Positions 1-9,817 of a DNA stretch of 32,000 nucleotides are shown here, piece by piece; position 1 is the stretch's first letter, and each line of letters opens with the position of its first letter. The notes under the pieces were generated by a model. The model was not told where the DNA came from. It was given only the letters and a program-made list of their open reading frames with translations, and made no database searches. Made by a program: the position numbers and the translations under genes. Source of the DNA: Haloquadratum walsbyi C23 (GTDB lineage Archaea; Halobacteriota; Halobacteria; Halobacteriales; Haloferacaceae); contig NC_017459.1 of assembly GCF_000237865.1 (NCBI RefSeq), positions 1,890,001 to 1,922,000 on the forward strand, in the 5' to 3' direction.

Positions 1-893
1 CATGTGAGTATATTGATGCCGCTGAGAATGACCTTGCAGTCAAGCCTGCGGGGCTGACAGGTGGGAAAGGAGTTCGAGTGATTGGGGATCAAGTGACTCA
101 AAGTGAGGCAAAATCGTACCTTCGAGAAAACGAGTACGAGCAGATTGTGCTTGAAGAGCGACTTGTTGGTGAGGAGTTTACTGTGCAAGCGTTCGTCGCG
201 AATGGTGAAGTTCGAACGACTCCAGCGATTCAAGATCATAAGCGCGCATACGAGGGCGACACCGGACCAAACACTGGCGGCATGGGAAGTTACAGCGATA
301 CAACACAGGCACTCCCATTCATGAATGATAAAGAGTACGCAGACGCAGTCGAAATTTTAGAAGCGACTGTTAGTGCATTGCCCAATTATAAGGGAGTCCT
401 GTATGGTCAGTTTATGCTCACGAGCGATGGACCGCGGGTAATTGAATTCAATGCTCGATTTGGTGACCCAGAAGCAATGAACACACTCCCGATATTGGAG
501 ACATCGCTTCTTGATATCATGCGCGCGGCACAACATAATGAGTCACTCCCACCACTCAGTTTCAGCAATCAGGCGACTGTGTGTAAGTACGCTGTTCCCG
601 AAGGATATCCAACAGACCCACAGTGCGGAACACGAATTACTGTCGACGAGGAGTCCGTAGAAAGTGCACAGATATATTATGCAAGTGTTGATGCTCGTGA
701 AGATGGATTATATACAACAACATCACGTGCCTTCGCTGTTGTTGGGATTGCAGACTCAATTGCAACAGCTGAATCGCAGGCTGAGACAGCGCTCTCTGCA
801 GCAGATGACGGACTTCGTATACGACACGATATCGGAACACAATCGCTTCTCCAGCGTAGGATCGATCATATGAGTGTAATTCGTGAGGAGTAG
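1..893 (+). CDS. purD: Phosphoribosylamine--glycine ligase (PurD), 5' end truncated by the window edge
   Basis: The frame is open from position 3 (..AVKPAGLTGGKGVRVIGD..). It carries ATP-grasp motifs: EERLVGEEFTVQAF, GPNTGGMGSY, VIEFNARFGDPE. The stop is at 891-893. Confidence 0.9.
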   Translation, partial: CEYIDAAENDLAVKPAGLTGGKGVRVIGDQVTQSEAKSYLRENEYEQIVLEERLVGEEFTVQAFVANGEVRTTPAIQDHKRAYEGDTGPNTGGMGSYSDTTQALPFMNDKEYADAVEILEATVSALPNYKGVLYGQFMLTSDGPRVIEFNARFGDPEAMNTLPILETSLLDIMRAAQHNESLPPLSFSNQATVCKYAVPEGYPTDPQCGTRITVDEESVESAQIYYASVDAREDGLYTTTSRAFAVVGIADSIATAESQAETALSAADDGLRIRHDIGTQSLLQRRIDHMSVIREE

Positions 894-1106
894 TAACATG
901 TCTGAGATGCGCATATCTTCGCGTGGTCAGATGCAGATTAACGGAATTATCATAAGATCAATATTGAATTTAAACACAAACTCATTTTATTCAGTATAGT
1001 CAGTTAACCATCATTTATGAACAGAGATTCCGCCAGTAATGTTCAATTCAACAATCAACACGACAGGCAATGAGTAGGCAGTGCAAAAAGAATAATATAA
1101 TATAAT

Positions 1107-1625
1107 ATGACTGATAGACATCGTCGACTGGATAGAAGCTCAACACCAGGTTCGACAAACTCGTTGTGGAAGTGGACAGACGCGAAACCCGTTTGGATTG
1201 TTATCCGTAATTACATATTTATTATGTTTGCTCGATTGGTTCCATCGCTTCGGGCACGAAACTGGGCGCTCCGTCAACTTGGAGCACATATCGGATCGGG
1301 CGTTTCATGGGGACTTGAGGCAACGCCAGATGTATTCTGGCCAGAATTGATTACAATTGAGGATAATGCTATCATCGGATATGATGCTGTATTGCTTTGT
1401 CATGAATTTCTTCAAGATGAATATCGAACGGGTGAGATCGTTATTGATAAGCGGGCAATGGTTGGGGCAAAGGTGACAATACTGCCGGGAGTTCATATCG
1501 GCGAGGAAGCACAGGTTGCCGCAAATTCTCTTGTAACTCAAGATGTTCCACCACATACAACAGTTGCTGGTGTTCCCGCACAGCAGATGACGAAACAGGA
1601 CGAGCAAGATGCAACTCGCCCATAG
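1107..1625 (+). CDS. Hexapeptide-repeat (left-handed beta-helix) acyl/acetyltransferase with an N-terminal hydrophobic segment
   Basis: The 172-aa ORF has imperfect hexapeptide repeats (IEDNAIIGYDAVLL, IDKRAMVGAKVTILPGVHIGEEAQVAANSLV). Confidence 0.7.
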   Translation: MTDRHRRLDRSSTPGSTNSLWKWTDAKPVWIVIRNYIFIMFARLVPSLRARNWALRQLGAHIGSGVSWGLEATPDVFWPELITIEDNAIIGYDAVLLCHEFLQDEYRTGEIVIDKRAMVGAKVTILPGVHIGEEAQVAANSLVTQDVPPHTTVAGVPAQQMTKQDEQDATRP

Positions 1626-1806
1626 ACAACTACCTCAGTATCAGCTAATGATGAGTTATAAAAATACAAAGAGAATACCTGCGACTTAGCCGCAGGATGA
1701 ATCCGGCAATTCTAAATCAATCTACGCATGGATAGCCACTCGGAGACTTGACAATCCATGGTTTAAATTGACAGGCAGTCCCATATTTAGATAGGAAGTG
1801 AAGTAC

Positions 1807-2606
1807 CACGGGCGCGGTGGCCCGTGGCTTCGCCGTGGTCTCTGGCGGGAAGCCAGCGAAACGACCGGTGGCGAATTTTAATTCCGCCCGCGCTCGTCTC
1901 TGGCGAGACTCGCGTGGAACCAGTAACACCCGAACACATCAAAAGTGCCACCGCAACAGAGGTCGTCTGTTGCTGCCGTGGCGGGCGTGTCCGTGGGCGT
2001 CCGCCCCTTCACATGGGCGCGACACAGACCCGGCGCACCGCGTCTTACCCCAAAATGGGTGCGCGGGTTTTGCGAGGCCGATAACGTGGATTCCAAATTG
2101 TAGTAGGGCGTCCCGATACTAAAAAAATGGGACGCAGCCGAGCGTACGAGCTTCACCCCCGCCCACGGTGGGGCGGGGAACTCGCGCTGCTTTTCGTTTA
2201 GACCGAACAGAGAGCGATCCCGACCACTCTGACGATGGCGGCCTGTCCGCCCCGAGCAATCAGGCAGAAATCGGAACCAGTCAGGTGAACGGTCAGTTCT
2301 TATACTGAACCGATGCAGATGCTGTGCCTGACTACTGTCTGCACCACAGAAAGTAACTCCGAGTCCGTCGAAATCTGCCGGACTCCTCGAGGCACAAACA
2401 ACTCTGGGAGTCCGAACACGACAGAGGATATGAGTACCGGAGGCTGAGATATGGCAGTCCCAGCAGTCCCACTCTCCCCGCGACAGTCCGTGAACCCAAT
2501 GCGGATTTTCACCGTGTCGGGGTTCGGTTGGACTGCAAACCTGCAATCTCCACCGCTCCCGCTCGCGCTCAGGATTCCTCCGCGTTCACACGAAGGAGGA
2601 TGTCAA
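1807..2606 (+). mobile_element. GC-rich tnpB-less IS200/IS605-like element (E1), non-coding
   Basis: The left hairpin is CCACGGGC-gcggtg-GCCCGTGG (1807-1828), preceded by GTAC. The right end is attcctccgcgttcacacgaaggaggatGTCAA (ends at 2606). It shares blocks with E2 (aagtaactccgagtccg at 2351, ggaggctgagat at 2439, ctgcaaacc). Only spurious Arg/Gly/Cys/Trp-rich ORFs are present. Confidence 0.55.
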
Positions 2607-2696
2607 CTACGACGTATACCCTCACTACTCATATCTTCAATACTTGTCTCCAATACCCAATAAAATACATTTTTGATTTCCGACAGAGTTGTGCTA

Positions 2697-3491
2697 TTAT
2701 CGAACACGAACAATGCCGCGTTTGAATATGAGTGTATTCGGAATAATAAGTTCCTCATCTTCATTCTCAACATGTGTAACAAATAAGTCAATCTCCTGTA
2801 CAATGCCGCGAGTGTCACCAATTTCAACCTCATCACCAATTGCATATGGTTGATGTAACAGAAGATATGTGCCGACCGCAGCTGACTTCAATAAATCGAC
2901 AAAAGCAACAGCAGCAAAAGCAACAACAGCAAAAAGATATACAGCGAGCAAGACCACCAACGCAAGCGTGGCAACTCCTAACTGTGAAAGTGCAACGAGT
3001 GCAGCGATATAGAATGTGGTAAATTTCGCTAATCGAGAGATGATAGTTATTTCAGGAAGCTTAATTTGTCTTAATCGCTCATCAACAAAGAGCTCTACTT
3101 TGTCACCAATGAGAATACCAGTCAGGACGACAAGCAATGCAACAAATACGCGAGGGAGAAATTGAACGGCTTCCTGCCAGAGTGCAGTTCCATATTGTAA
3201 ATCAGTGACTGAAAGCGATCCGACGGCTCCGACGGCGATGATAAAATACCTAACAATTCCACTGATGAGATTGACCGTCGATGTCCCGAACTCTTGTGCC
3301 GTTCGTTCAAGTGCTGTTCCTTCGATGACAGTCGGGATATTGAGCTGTAACAAGAGGCGTGTGGTTATTCTGCCTGTAATAACAGCAGCAACCACACTAG
3401 CGATGAAGACGAGAATAGCAACCCAGATTGCCTGCGGGACAGCAGCCACGAAGTCACGCGCCACAGGCGGGAACGATTGTAGTACCCACAT
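2697..3491 (-). CDS. mscS: Small-conductance mechanosensitive channel (MscS family)
   Basis: The 264-aa protein has several TM helices followed by the MscS beta-domain signature (YAIGDEVEIGDTRGIVQEIDLFVTHVENEDEELIIPN). It lies 11 nt downstream of dacZ. Confidence 0.85.
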   Translation of the reverse strand: MWVLQSFPPVARDFVAAVPQAIWVAILVFIASVVAAVITGRITTRLLLQLNIPTVIEGTALERTAQEFGTSTVNLISGIVRYFIIAVGAVGSLSVTDLQYGTALWQEAVQFLPRVFVALLVVLTGILIGDKVELFVDERLRQIKLPEITIISRLAKFTTFYIAALVALSQLGVATLALVVLLAVYLFAVVAFAAVAFVDLLKSAAVGTYLLLHQPYAIGDEVEIGDTRGIVQEIDLFVTHVENEDEELIIPNTLIFKRGIVRVR

Positions 3492-3502
3492 GAGAATGAC
3501 TA

Positions 3503-4318
3503 TTAGTATACCTCAGGATCAACCTCAAAGATGAGCTCTCCACTTTTGAATGCGCGGACAAGTCCATCAGATTCAGATAACACAATTGTCGTTGAGTTTG
3601 TCTCACGCGTGATTGCCGCACCAGCCATGTGCCGTGCACCAAGTCCCTTCGGGATATCGACTCCCTCAGCTCCTGGCTCCAAATACCGGTATGCACTGAC
3701 AATCTTTCCTGAATCTGAAACAATGAATGCACCATCAAGTCGTGAGAATTCTTTGAGCATTACCTTCACAATGGGATCACCGACATGAACATGTGATTTC
3801 TCAAAGGGATTGTAACTTAGTGGACGTGATTTATTCATCACCTTTCCTGCATCGCCAACAACAAATAGTGCTCCAACTGGTTTGCCTTTCTGACCTTTTT
3901 TACCAAGCTCAATAGCCACATTAAATACATCTCGAATGACGCTTGAATCAGCTCGCGAGTTAACAAATAAATCATAGATACCTGATCGAATTGATTCACC
4001 AACCTGGACGCGAACAAGAGAGTCTGGACCATCGTCAAAAATACTGAGATTGCAAACAACAGCGTCACCTTCCGCGACGATTCCAGATTCTATCGCTCCT
4101 TCAATCCCAAATCGAATTTGATCGCGAGCGTCATCAAACTCGATTGGTAATTCAATATACGTGGCGGCATTAACATTATTTTCAGGAGCAACAACGATGA
4201 TTGGATATTCAAGATCTGCATTAATAAAACGCTCATATCGCGATCCAGTTGGTGAAAACATCACAAGACCTTGGATATCAGCTATAATATCATCTACTAG
4301 GTCAGATAGCACCGCCAT
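3503..4318 (-). CDS. dacZ: Diadenylate cyclase, archaeal DacZ type (c-di-AMP synthase)
   Basis: The C-terminal DAC domain has the motifs LDGAFIVSDSG and GLGARHMAGAAIT. The N-terminal domain is typical of DacZ. Length is 271 aa. Confidence 0.85.
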   Translation of the reverse strand: MAVLSDLVDDIIADIQGLVMFSPTGSRYERFINADLEYPIIVVAPENNVNAATYIELPIEFDDARDQIRFGIEGAIESGIVAEGDAVVCNLSIFDDGPDSLVRVQVGESIRSGIYDLFVNSRADSSVIRDVFNVAIELGKKGQKGKPVGALFVVGDAGKVMNKSRPLSYNPFEKSHVHVGDPIVKVMLKEFSRLDGAFIVSDSGKIVSAYRYLEPGAEGVDIPKGLGARHMAGAAITRETNSTTIVLSESDGLVRAFKSGELIFEVDPEVY

Positions 4319-4339
4319 ATGTTATTTCTATGCAATGTG

Positions 4340-4347
4340 TTTATAAA
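4340..4347 (-). promoter_or_regulatory. TATA-like box upstream of dacZ, compatible with a leaderless or short-leader transcript
   Basis: On the minus strand, tttataaa is centred about 26 nt upstream of the dacZ ATG at 4318. Confidence 0.4.
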
Positions 4348-4416
4348 TGATTATGGGTATAACACGGCAATATTGAGTACCACTTTTTCACACTGAATTA
4401 AATCGAGTTGTCCAAG

Positions 4417-4499
4417 TGCGCGGGACAGGATTCGAACCTGCGGACCTCTATAGGACAGCGTCCTAAGCGCTGCGCCTTTGACCACTTGGCTACCCGCGC
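4417..4499 (-). tRNA. tRNA-Leu (anticodon UAG), class II with a long variable arm
   Basis: The reverse complement reads GCGCGGGTAGCCAAGTGGTCAAAGGCGCAGCGCTTAGGACGCTGTCCTATAGAGGTCCGCAGGTTCGAATCCTGTCCCGCGCA. It has a 7-bp acceptor stem, anticodon loop CTTAGGA, a long extra arm and a GGTTCGAATCC T-arm. Confidence 0.9.
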
Positions 4500-4570
4500 A
4501 CATTTGTTAGTTAATCAGCGTCCAAATCAAACTGTCGTTGTCATCATAATCTACAAGTCGTGCGAGGCGA

Positions 4571-4612
4571 GTGACTCGGGGCTTGTCCCTAGGGTACCTG
4601 ACACCGATTTGT
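4571..4612 (+). repeat. GC-rich palindromic repeat, copy a
   Basis: gcgaggcgagtgaCTCGGGGCTTGtccctagggtacctgacac, very similar to copy b at 11025. Confidence 0.6.
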
Positions 4613-4991
4613 TATGAGAAAGCTCAATGTTTAGTCGTGCTCTATCGTGTCAGCTATGCGACTCTCTCACGGCTGACACTGTTTGCTTCTCAAACAAACG
4701 GGGGAAAGCACTAATCTACTTCTAAACGAATTGTTTCGGGGTCACATCTATCCACGTTTTGAGGTGTTCGTCTTACTCACCTTGTCGAATCGACGAATTT
4801 CCTGATCTTTCGCACCCACCTGCTCTATTCACTTTCAGCGGCAAATGATTGAACCCGCAGGGATTGAGTCAACATCAGGGTAAATTTGATCTGAACAACA
4901 GTGGTGAGAATTTTTTATTTCGGCAGGTAAAGATGAGAGACCCTGCGACGTTCTATTCATATTGCTTGATACACAATACAACATTATATAT

Positions 4992-5300
4992 ATGTACAGT
5001 GCTCGTGACCGGGTTGAGAATGAGTCATGGCTTGAAGAGATTCGAACCGCTGCAGTAACGCTTAATCTTAGCAGTGAAACACAAACTGTTGCTGAGGATT
5101 TGTTTCTTTCACAAGCCCCAGATAGTGATCGTTCAAAGCAGGCTATTGCCGCTGCGAGTTTGTATGCTGGGACACTTATTACAGGTTCAGAGCGGTCTCA
5201 AAGCGCAGTTGCAGATGCGATGAACGTGACGAGACTCAGCGTTCAACAACACTGGAAAGGGATTCTCAATACGGCTGGATTCCAGCCACCATCGTGGTGA
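4992..5300 (+). CDS. Small TFIIB cyclin-repeat/HTH-like protein (TFB-related single repeat)
   Basis: The segment EDLFLSQAPDSDRSKQAIAAASLYAGTLITGSERSQSAVADAMNVTRLSVQQHWKGI resembles one TFB cyclin fold. The likely start is ATG 4992 (MYSARD..). Confidence 0.5.
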   Translation: MYSARDRVENESWLEEIRTAAVTLNLSSETQTVAEDLFLSQAPDSDRSKQAIAAASLYAGTLITGSERSQSAVADAMNVTRLSVQQHWKGILNTAGFQPPSW

Positions 5301-5858
5301 GAGGAATGTTGAATGATAGAGCGTCTGAAGCTGGACTTATCAGACAGTTTAGAGAATATACATTATGGATTGCCTCGGGATCGAACTCCGAGGCACTCTG
5401 CCTGCTATCTTGATAGAATTAATAATTACGAGGGTAAGTCTCCTTCCTCAAGGAGAGTGAAACGAACGAGCAGGGAGGGGATACAGCCGTGCATTATCTT
5501 GCCAAGAGATTACTAGCATGCCTTCTCGTGGTAAATTATGACGAGCAGTATTCATCAGACTGACTTAGAATGGGATACTAACCACGGTCAGCCTGAGTTA
5601 TCGTTGTCACTATTGAGTAGGGCTGGGACAGTCCGACTCAGAACGTCTGTGGAGACTGGTATCACGGTTGGTACGCGTCATCCGGACGTACCGCTTGCAA
5701 ATACCGTCACAAAAGCAGAAAGTCTGATGCGAGAACACGGAATCCCCACCCTCAACAGAGCGATAGCGGAGTCGGGTGGGGTAGTTCACGATGTTCGATT
5801 GCAAGTCATTTGCCTCGCGTAAAGACGGCATCTGTGCTACCTGTTGCATACTAACTCA

Positions 5859-6371
5859 CTACTCAGCACCACAGTCATCCGCTGGTCGGGTCGATGATCG
5901 TCCACTTCGATGAGGTGTTAGACGCCCATGGCGGTCAATTTCGCCGCGGACAATTCGTGTTGAAGAGATTCGTTTACCATCATCGGCGTATACATGTTCT
6001 ACTATTTCGACAGTGAGTGGATCAAGACCGCGCTCTTGACGAATTTCATTAATTCGTTCAGCACCCGTTTGTGTCTCCGGGGAGACAACGATAGCATCAA
6101 ATCCTGGTTCAGTCGCAATTCCGGTTGGTTTCTTCAATGGATGGATTTCAAATTCGCGGTCATGTGCTTCCGCAAGTGGTTCTAGCTCTGCAATAAGAGA
6201 GTAGCGGCGATCAGTGAACGGCTTAACATACCGATCTACCTGTCTTGTCTTTGGGGCAAGTTCATTGCTTGTGAGTCCAACAGTGAGATCCCCTAATTCG
6301 AATGCCCGCTCAAAGAGGGCTCGATGACCGTCATGAACCGGGTCAAAAGTCCCACCCAGCGCCACATGCAT
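5859..6371 (-). CDS. coaD: Phosphopantetheine adenylyltransferase (archaeal cytidylyltransferase-type PPAT)
   Basis: MHVALGGTFDPVHDGHRALF carries the (T/H)xGH nucleotidyltransferase motif, and ISSTRIVRGEID is present. An alternative start lies at 6392. Confidence 0.8.
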   Translation of the reverse strand: MHVALGGTFDPVHDGHRALFERAFELGDLTVGLTSNELAPKTRQVDRYVKPFTDRRYSLIAELEPLAEAHDREFEIHPLKKPTGIATEPGFDAIVVSPETQTGAERINEIRQERGLDPLTVEIVEHVYADDGKRISSTRIVRGEIDRHGRLTPHRSGRSSTRPADDCGAE

Positions 6372-6550
6372 AATCAGTAGATAGCTTGCCATGGGTAAAA
6401 ATGTAGGAGCATATTCGATTTTATCAAAAGAGCCCGGGCGATATTCAATCAGCCTGCTCTCAATTCGAGTTCCGAGACGACCAGTGCGTTATACAAGCGA
6501 TGTGCTGACTGTCCCTCGTCATATCTTTACACAATTGAGGATGCGGAGTC

Positions 6551-7642
6551 CTATGTGTCCGTATCAAGACATAGCGACTCAAGAAGGGTATCGATATTAT
6601 CACTTGCATGGAGTCGGCGCTGTTTTTTTGCTCCACCCTCGCGCGCGAGCAGTGTCGTGAGTCCATCAACGCCAAGTCGATTAGTTTCGCGATCGACAAA
6701 TTCTGAAAGCGTGACGGTCTCCATCGATCCAGGGATAATAAACTCAGCATCGCGACCATACCGCATTGCATGCCATTTGTTCGCATCAAGTATCTCACGG
6801 CGGACTTTAGTCCCAGATTCACCATCTGCATACCGAGCGGCAAAGTCCATGACAAGTGCATGGATGTATTCAACAATCGCAACTGTTACTGACGGATCAG
6901 CTTGTGCATCTGGTGTGCGAACTTCAACAGTTCCATGCCCGGTATGCGGTCGAACATCATACCATAATTCGCCGCGATCTTTGATTGATCCTGTCTCAAC
7001 CATTCGTTTCTCGAGTTGGTAATATGCCTCAAAATCCTCGAATCGGGTTGGCATTCCCGTGTTAGGGAGTGCCTCAAATATCTTTGCTCGAGCGGAGGCT
7101 AATCCAGTATCAAATCCGTTCCAATACGGTGAATTTGCCGAAAGTGCAAGAAGCGGCGGGAGATACCAGCGAAGTTCATTTGCAATCCAAGTTGCAGCAT
7201 CGGGATCATCAACACCAACATGAACATGCAGTCCAGCAGTTGTGTTCCGATGCTGTGGATATTGAATTCTGTCTAACTGTGATTGATATCGGGGTTTTTC
7301 GACGTGATTACGCTCGCGCCACTTCGCTGTTGGATGTAATCCCGCTGCCGCAATTCGGTAACCATGGTCTGCAGCATGCGTAACAAGTGCATCACGAACA
7401 GCCTGTACGGATTCACTGACTGCAGACACATCCTCAAGAAGCGGGGTCTGTGTTTCAATGACGAATTGAAATAGTTCATGATCTAGTCGGTCCGCAAGCA
7501 CTCCCGCTGGTGGGTGGTTATAATCGTAGATCAATTCCTGAATTCCAGCTGTTGGCTGTCCACTATCATCAACGACGAAAAACTCCTCTTCAACGCCGAG
7601 GGTACCCATCCGGTCGAAGGCGTCGGCCGACCCTACGTCCAT
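6551..7642 (-). CDS. gshA: Glutamate--cysteine ligase (carboxylate-amine ligase YbdK/GshA type of haloarchaea)
   Basis: [23 protein letters not shown] and SANSPYW are typical GCS2 motifs. ATG at 7642 is preferred over the TTG at 7666. Confidence 0.85.
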   Translation of the reverse strand: MDVGSADAFDRMGTLGVEEEFFVVDDSGQPTAGIQELIYDYNHPPAGVLADRLDHELFQFVIETQTPLLEDVSAVSESVQAVRDALVTHAADHGYRIAAAGLHPTAKWRERNHVEKPRYQSQLDRIQYPQHRNTTAGLHVHVGVDDPDAATWIANELRWYLPPLLALSANSPYWNGFDTGLASARAKIFEALPNTGMPTRFEDFEAYYQLEKRMVETGSIKDRGELWYDVRPHTGHGTVEVRTPDAQADPSVTVAIVEYIHALVMDFAARYADGESGTKVRREILDANKWHAMRYGRDAEFIIPGSMETVTLSEFVDRETNRLGVDGLTTLLAREGGAKKQRRLHASDNIDTLLESLCLDTDT

Positions 7643-7907
7643 CGATAGATGCTTTGTGGTCCCCAATTAAATATGTCGCGGGCGAAGGCAACACTAGCGC
7701 ACGAGAGTTGAGTTATATTCACAATATTCAGAAAACGTGATTTGGAACTTGTATTTGTCTATACATAAACAACCTCGGGCGCAGTGGCGCGAAGCTTTTT
7801 GTATTTCTCAGGCGTATGCTAGTGCTCCTGCTCGACAATCGAGCGGATGAGGGTGGGCGGTTTAGGCGCCCTGATTCGAACATGCATTCCAGTCGAATAA
7901 TCTTGCA

Positions 7908-8555
7908 TTACATATTTGGAGTAGCAACAACGGCTAGATGATCATCGTGAAATCTATCAAGTCGTTGGCGAGTCTGTATTATATATCCCTCACGGAGGGT
8001 TGAGATAATTGTATCGAACACATCCTCGGGATCACTAAGAACGTCTTCACTACGAGCTTTAATCATAAGGATGAGTTTTCCATCAGGTGCAAGGAACTGT
8101 CGATTGCGGAGCGCAACGGTCGCCTGCCCTCGTGTCGCAACATCTTGAATCAGATACTCAATATCAGTCTCAACGACATGGGCATACGTTTCGGGTTGCC
8201 GAGCATCGCACAGGAGCGGAATTAGATTTGGACGGGTCGTCGCAACCTCTAGAAGGTCACGAACAGGACGAGGAGCGAATTCGATAGCATACGTTGGTCC
8301 AGCAAAATCTGCAACATGAGAAACGGTTGTCCCTGATGCAGCACCGAGATACAGGATTGATTCTCCTCCTGTCAGACCAGTTTCAATGTCAAGTTTAAAC
8401 ATTGCACCAAGCTTTGACCGCCCAGCATCCCATAGACGCCATCCATCAGTATCACGTGGCTCTCCATATACCGTTGTTCCGTGCGTTGTGAGCCGGGATC
8501 GATTATCAAATTGACGTCGTTGAACGCCGTCAGGAAGTGATGATGATGCCTTCAT
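7908..8555 (-). CDS. flpA: Fibrillarin-like rRNA/tRNA 2'-O-methyltransferase
   Basis: It has the SAM-binding motif ILYLGAASGTTVSHVADF and KARSEDV. Its start overlaps the nop5 stop in an ATGA. Confidence 0.9.
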   Translation of the reverse strand: MKASSSLPDGVQRRQFDNRSRLTTHGTTVYGEPRDTDGWRLWDAGRSKLGAMFKLDIETGLTGGESILYLGAASGTTVSHVADFAGPTYAIEFAPRPVRDLLEVATTRPNLIPLLCDARQPETYAHVVETDIEYLIQDVATRGQATVALRNRQFLAPDGKLILMIKARSEDVLSDPEDVFDTIISTLREGYIIQTRQRLDRFHDDHLAVVATPNM

Positions 8556-9469
8556 GCAGTGTCCTCTTTATCTCGAGCGCGAATTGTTTCAATTCGATCA
8601 GTAAGTTCATCATGAATCGATTGTTTGTGTGTCCCTGAGTAGTGGTCAATCCGCGCAGCGATCGCCAGTTTACCGGCGAAAGCCCGAGCGGCTGATCCTC
8701 GATTTGCTGGGTGTGTTCCCCGCACATATTCATGTGTGAATATCGCGCCGTGCTTTGGTGCAGAAGCACGTCCTTCAAGATGTGCAAACAGTGCGTCCTC
8801 AGCACCAAGGACCTGAATAGTACCTGCAGGCTGTCTGGCAAGTGATTTGAGTCCTCCTGCAAGTTCAATAAGCCGTGTTGCAAGAACCGGTCCTGCCATC
8901 GCCGTGAGATTTGGTGCAACCGTTGCAGCCTGTGTCTCAATATATGTTCGGAGATCATCCCGCTCTTCATACAACATGAGAACCTGAGTAGCGAGTGATG
9001 TAAGCCGCGTTTCTACAGGTGTCGAAGGGGTTATATCTGCGAGTTCGCGAACCGTGTCTACGCCTGTATCTGAGTCATCAATGCGTGAACCACCCCACTC
9101 GGTTAGTCGCTCGGTGAGTTCATTTGCTGTTCGCTCGACATCATCCATTGCTGTGAGACAGTGTCGAAGTTGACGATCATCTGAGGCTTCATATGACTCG
9201 ACGGCATTTTGTGTTGCAGTGATTGCAGCATCATGCAGTAATTGATAATACGTTGTAGTATCCTCAACGATCTCTGACTCAACAGCTTGCGTTGGCCAAT
9301 TCTGTGGATCCTCAGCCGCTCCATTGGTTATTGCTGTTGCTGCCGCATCAATATCATCAGGGTCAATATCGCTAAACCACGCTGGATTGTCAGATTGTTC
9401 TTTACTCATGGATAAATTTGAATCCTCACAGACTAAGTTCCCTTCCCCATGGGTGAGTAAGGTGAACAA
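8552..9469 (-). CDS. nop5: C/D box sRNP protein Nop5 (Nop56/58 homologue)
   Basis: The NOP domain is evident (AGGLKSLARQPAGTIQVLGAEDALFAHL...PKHGAIFTHEYV). The real start may be ATG 9409 (MSKEQS..). Confidence 0.85.
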   Translation of the reverse strand: MFTLLTHGEGNLVCEDSNLSMSKEQSDNPAWFSDIDPDDIDAAATAITNGAAEDPQNWPTQAVESEIVEDTTTYYQLLHDAAITATQNAVESYEASDDRQLRHCLTAMDDVERTANELTERLTEWGGSRIDDSDTGVDTVRELADITPSTPVETRLTSLATQVLMLYEERDDLRTYIETQAATVAPNLTAMAGPVLATRLIELAGGLKSLARQPAGTIQVLGAEDALFAHLEGRASAPKHGAIFTHEYVRGTHPANRGSAARAFAGKLAIAARIDHYSGTHKQSIHDELTDRIETIRARDKEDTA

Positions 9470-9681
9470 AGAAGTCGGGGGCCACCCACAACAGAGTGGA
9501 ATCAGCTATTGCGAGCGATATTTACTATTATGAGTATTTATATTATGAGTGTCTGTTAATCTTAATATTGATGTGGATATCATAGTGCATCATCACTCGT
9601 TATGTCGGAGATAGCATACATATTCAGCACAGTTATATCATGATAAGAGTTAACAATGATTCCGACAATAATTATACTATT

Positions 9682-9813
9682 ATGAGTCAGCGACCACCGT
9701 TTGTGTGTGTTGACTGCGGTTCCCGGGTGTCCTCAAGCGCATTCCGGGCTACGTGTCCGGAGTGCGGTGGTAGCCTCACCCCGGACATGGAGACAGCGAG
9801 GAACGCTAATTGA
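9682..9813 (+). CDS. Small CPxCG-type zinc-ribbon protein (43 aa), below the ORF-track length cut-off
   Basis: The translation is MSQRPPFVCVDCGSRVSSSAFRATCPECGGSLTPDMETARNAN, with a CxxC...CPxCG pattern. The stop is 4 nt before the next ATG. Confidence 0.55.
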   Translation: MSQRPPFVCVDCGSRVSSSAFRATCPECGGSLTPDMETARNAN

Positions 9814-9817
9814 CTAG

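Noticed and set aside
1817-2546. ORFs of 86-222 aa inside E1 (1817..2122, 1824..2084, 1878..2546 minus, and others)
   Set aside because: They overlap on both strands in a GC-rich island. They are Arg/Gly/Cys/Trp/Pro-rich and basic, unlike every real protein here. There is no equivalent ORF in the homologous element E2.
2880-2945. Apparent tandem repeat caacagcagcaaaagcaacaacagcaaaaag
   Set aside because: It lies within the mscS coding region on the opposite strand. It simply encodes an Ala/Val/Phe-rich transmembrane helix (FAVVAFAAVAFV).
4417-4960. tRNA-Leu as an integration site of a prophage or genomic island
   Set aside because: There is no direct repeat of the tRNA 3' portion and no integrase gene in the window. 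The adjacent non-coding stretch contains only one palindromic repeat copy.
5313-5822. ORFs 5313..5516 and 5538..5822 as genes
   Set aside because: There is no recognisable domain, the composition is basic or neutral and atypical for this proteome, and the antisense ORF is of similar length. The region may be decayed sequence, so it is left unannotated.
7835-7880. Possible C/D box sRNA next to the fibrillarin-nop5 operon (gGATGAg ... cCTGAtt)
   Set aside because: Only one imperfect C-like box and one D-like box are present, about 30 nt apart. There are no C'/D' boxes and no terminal kink-turn stem. This is too weak to call by eye.
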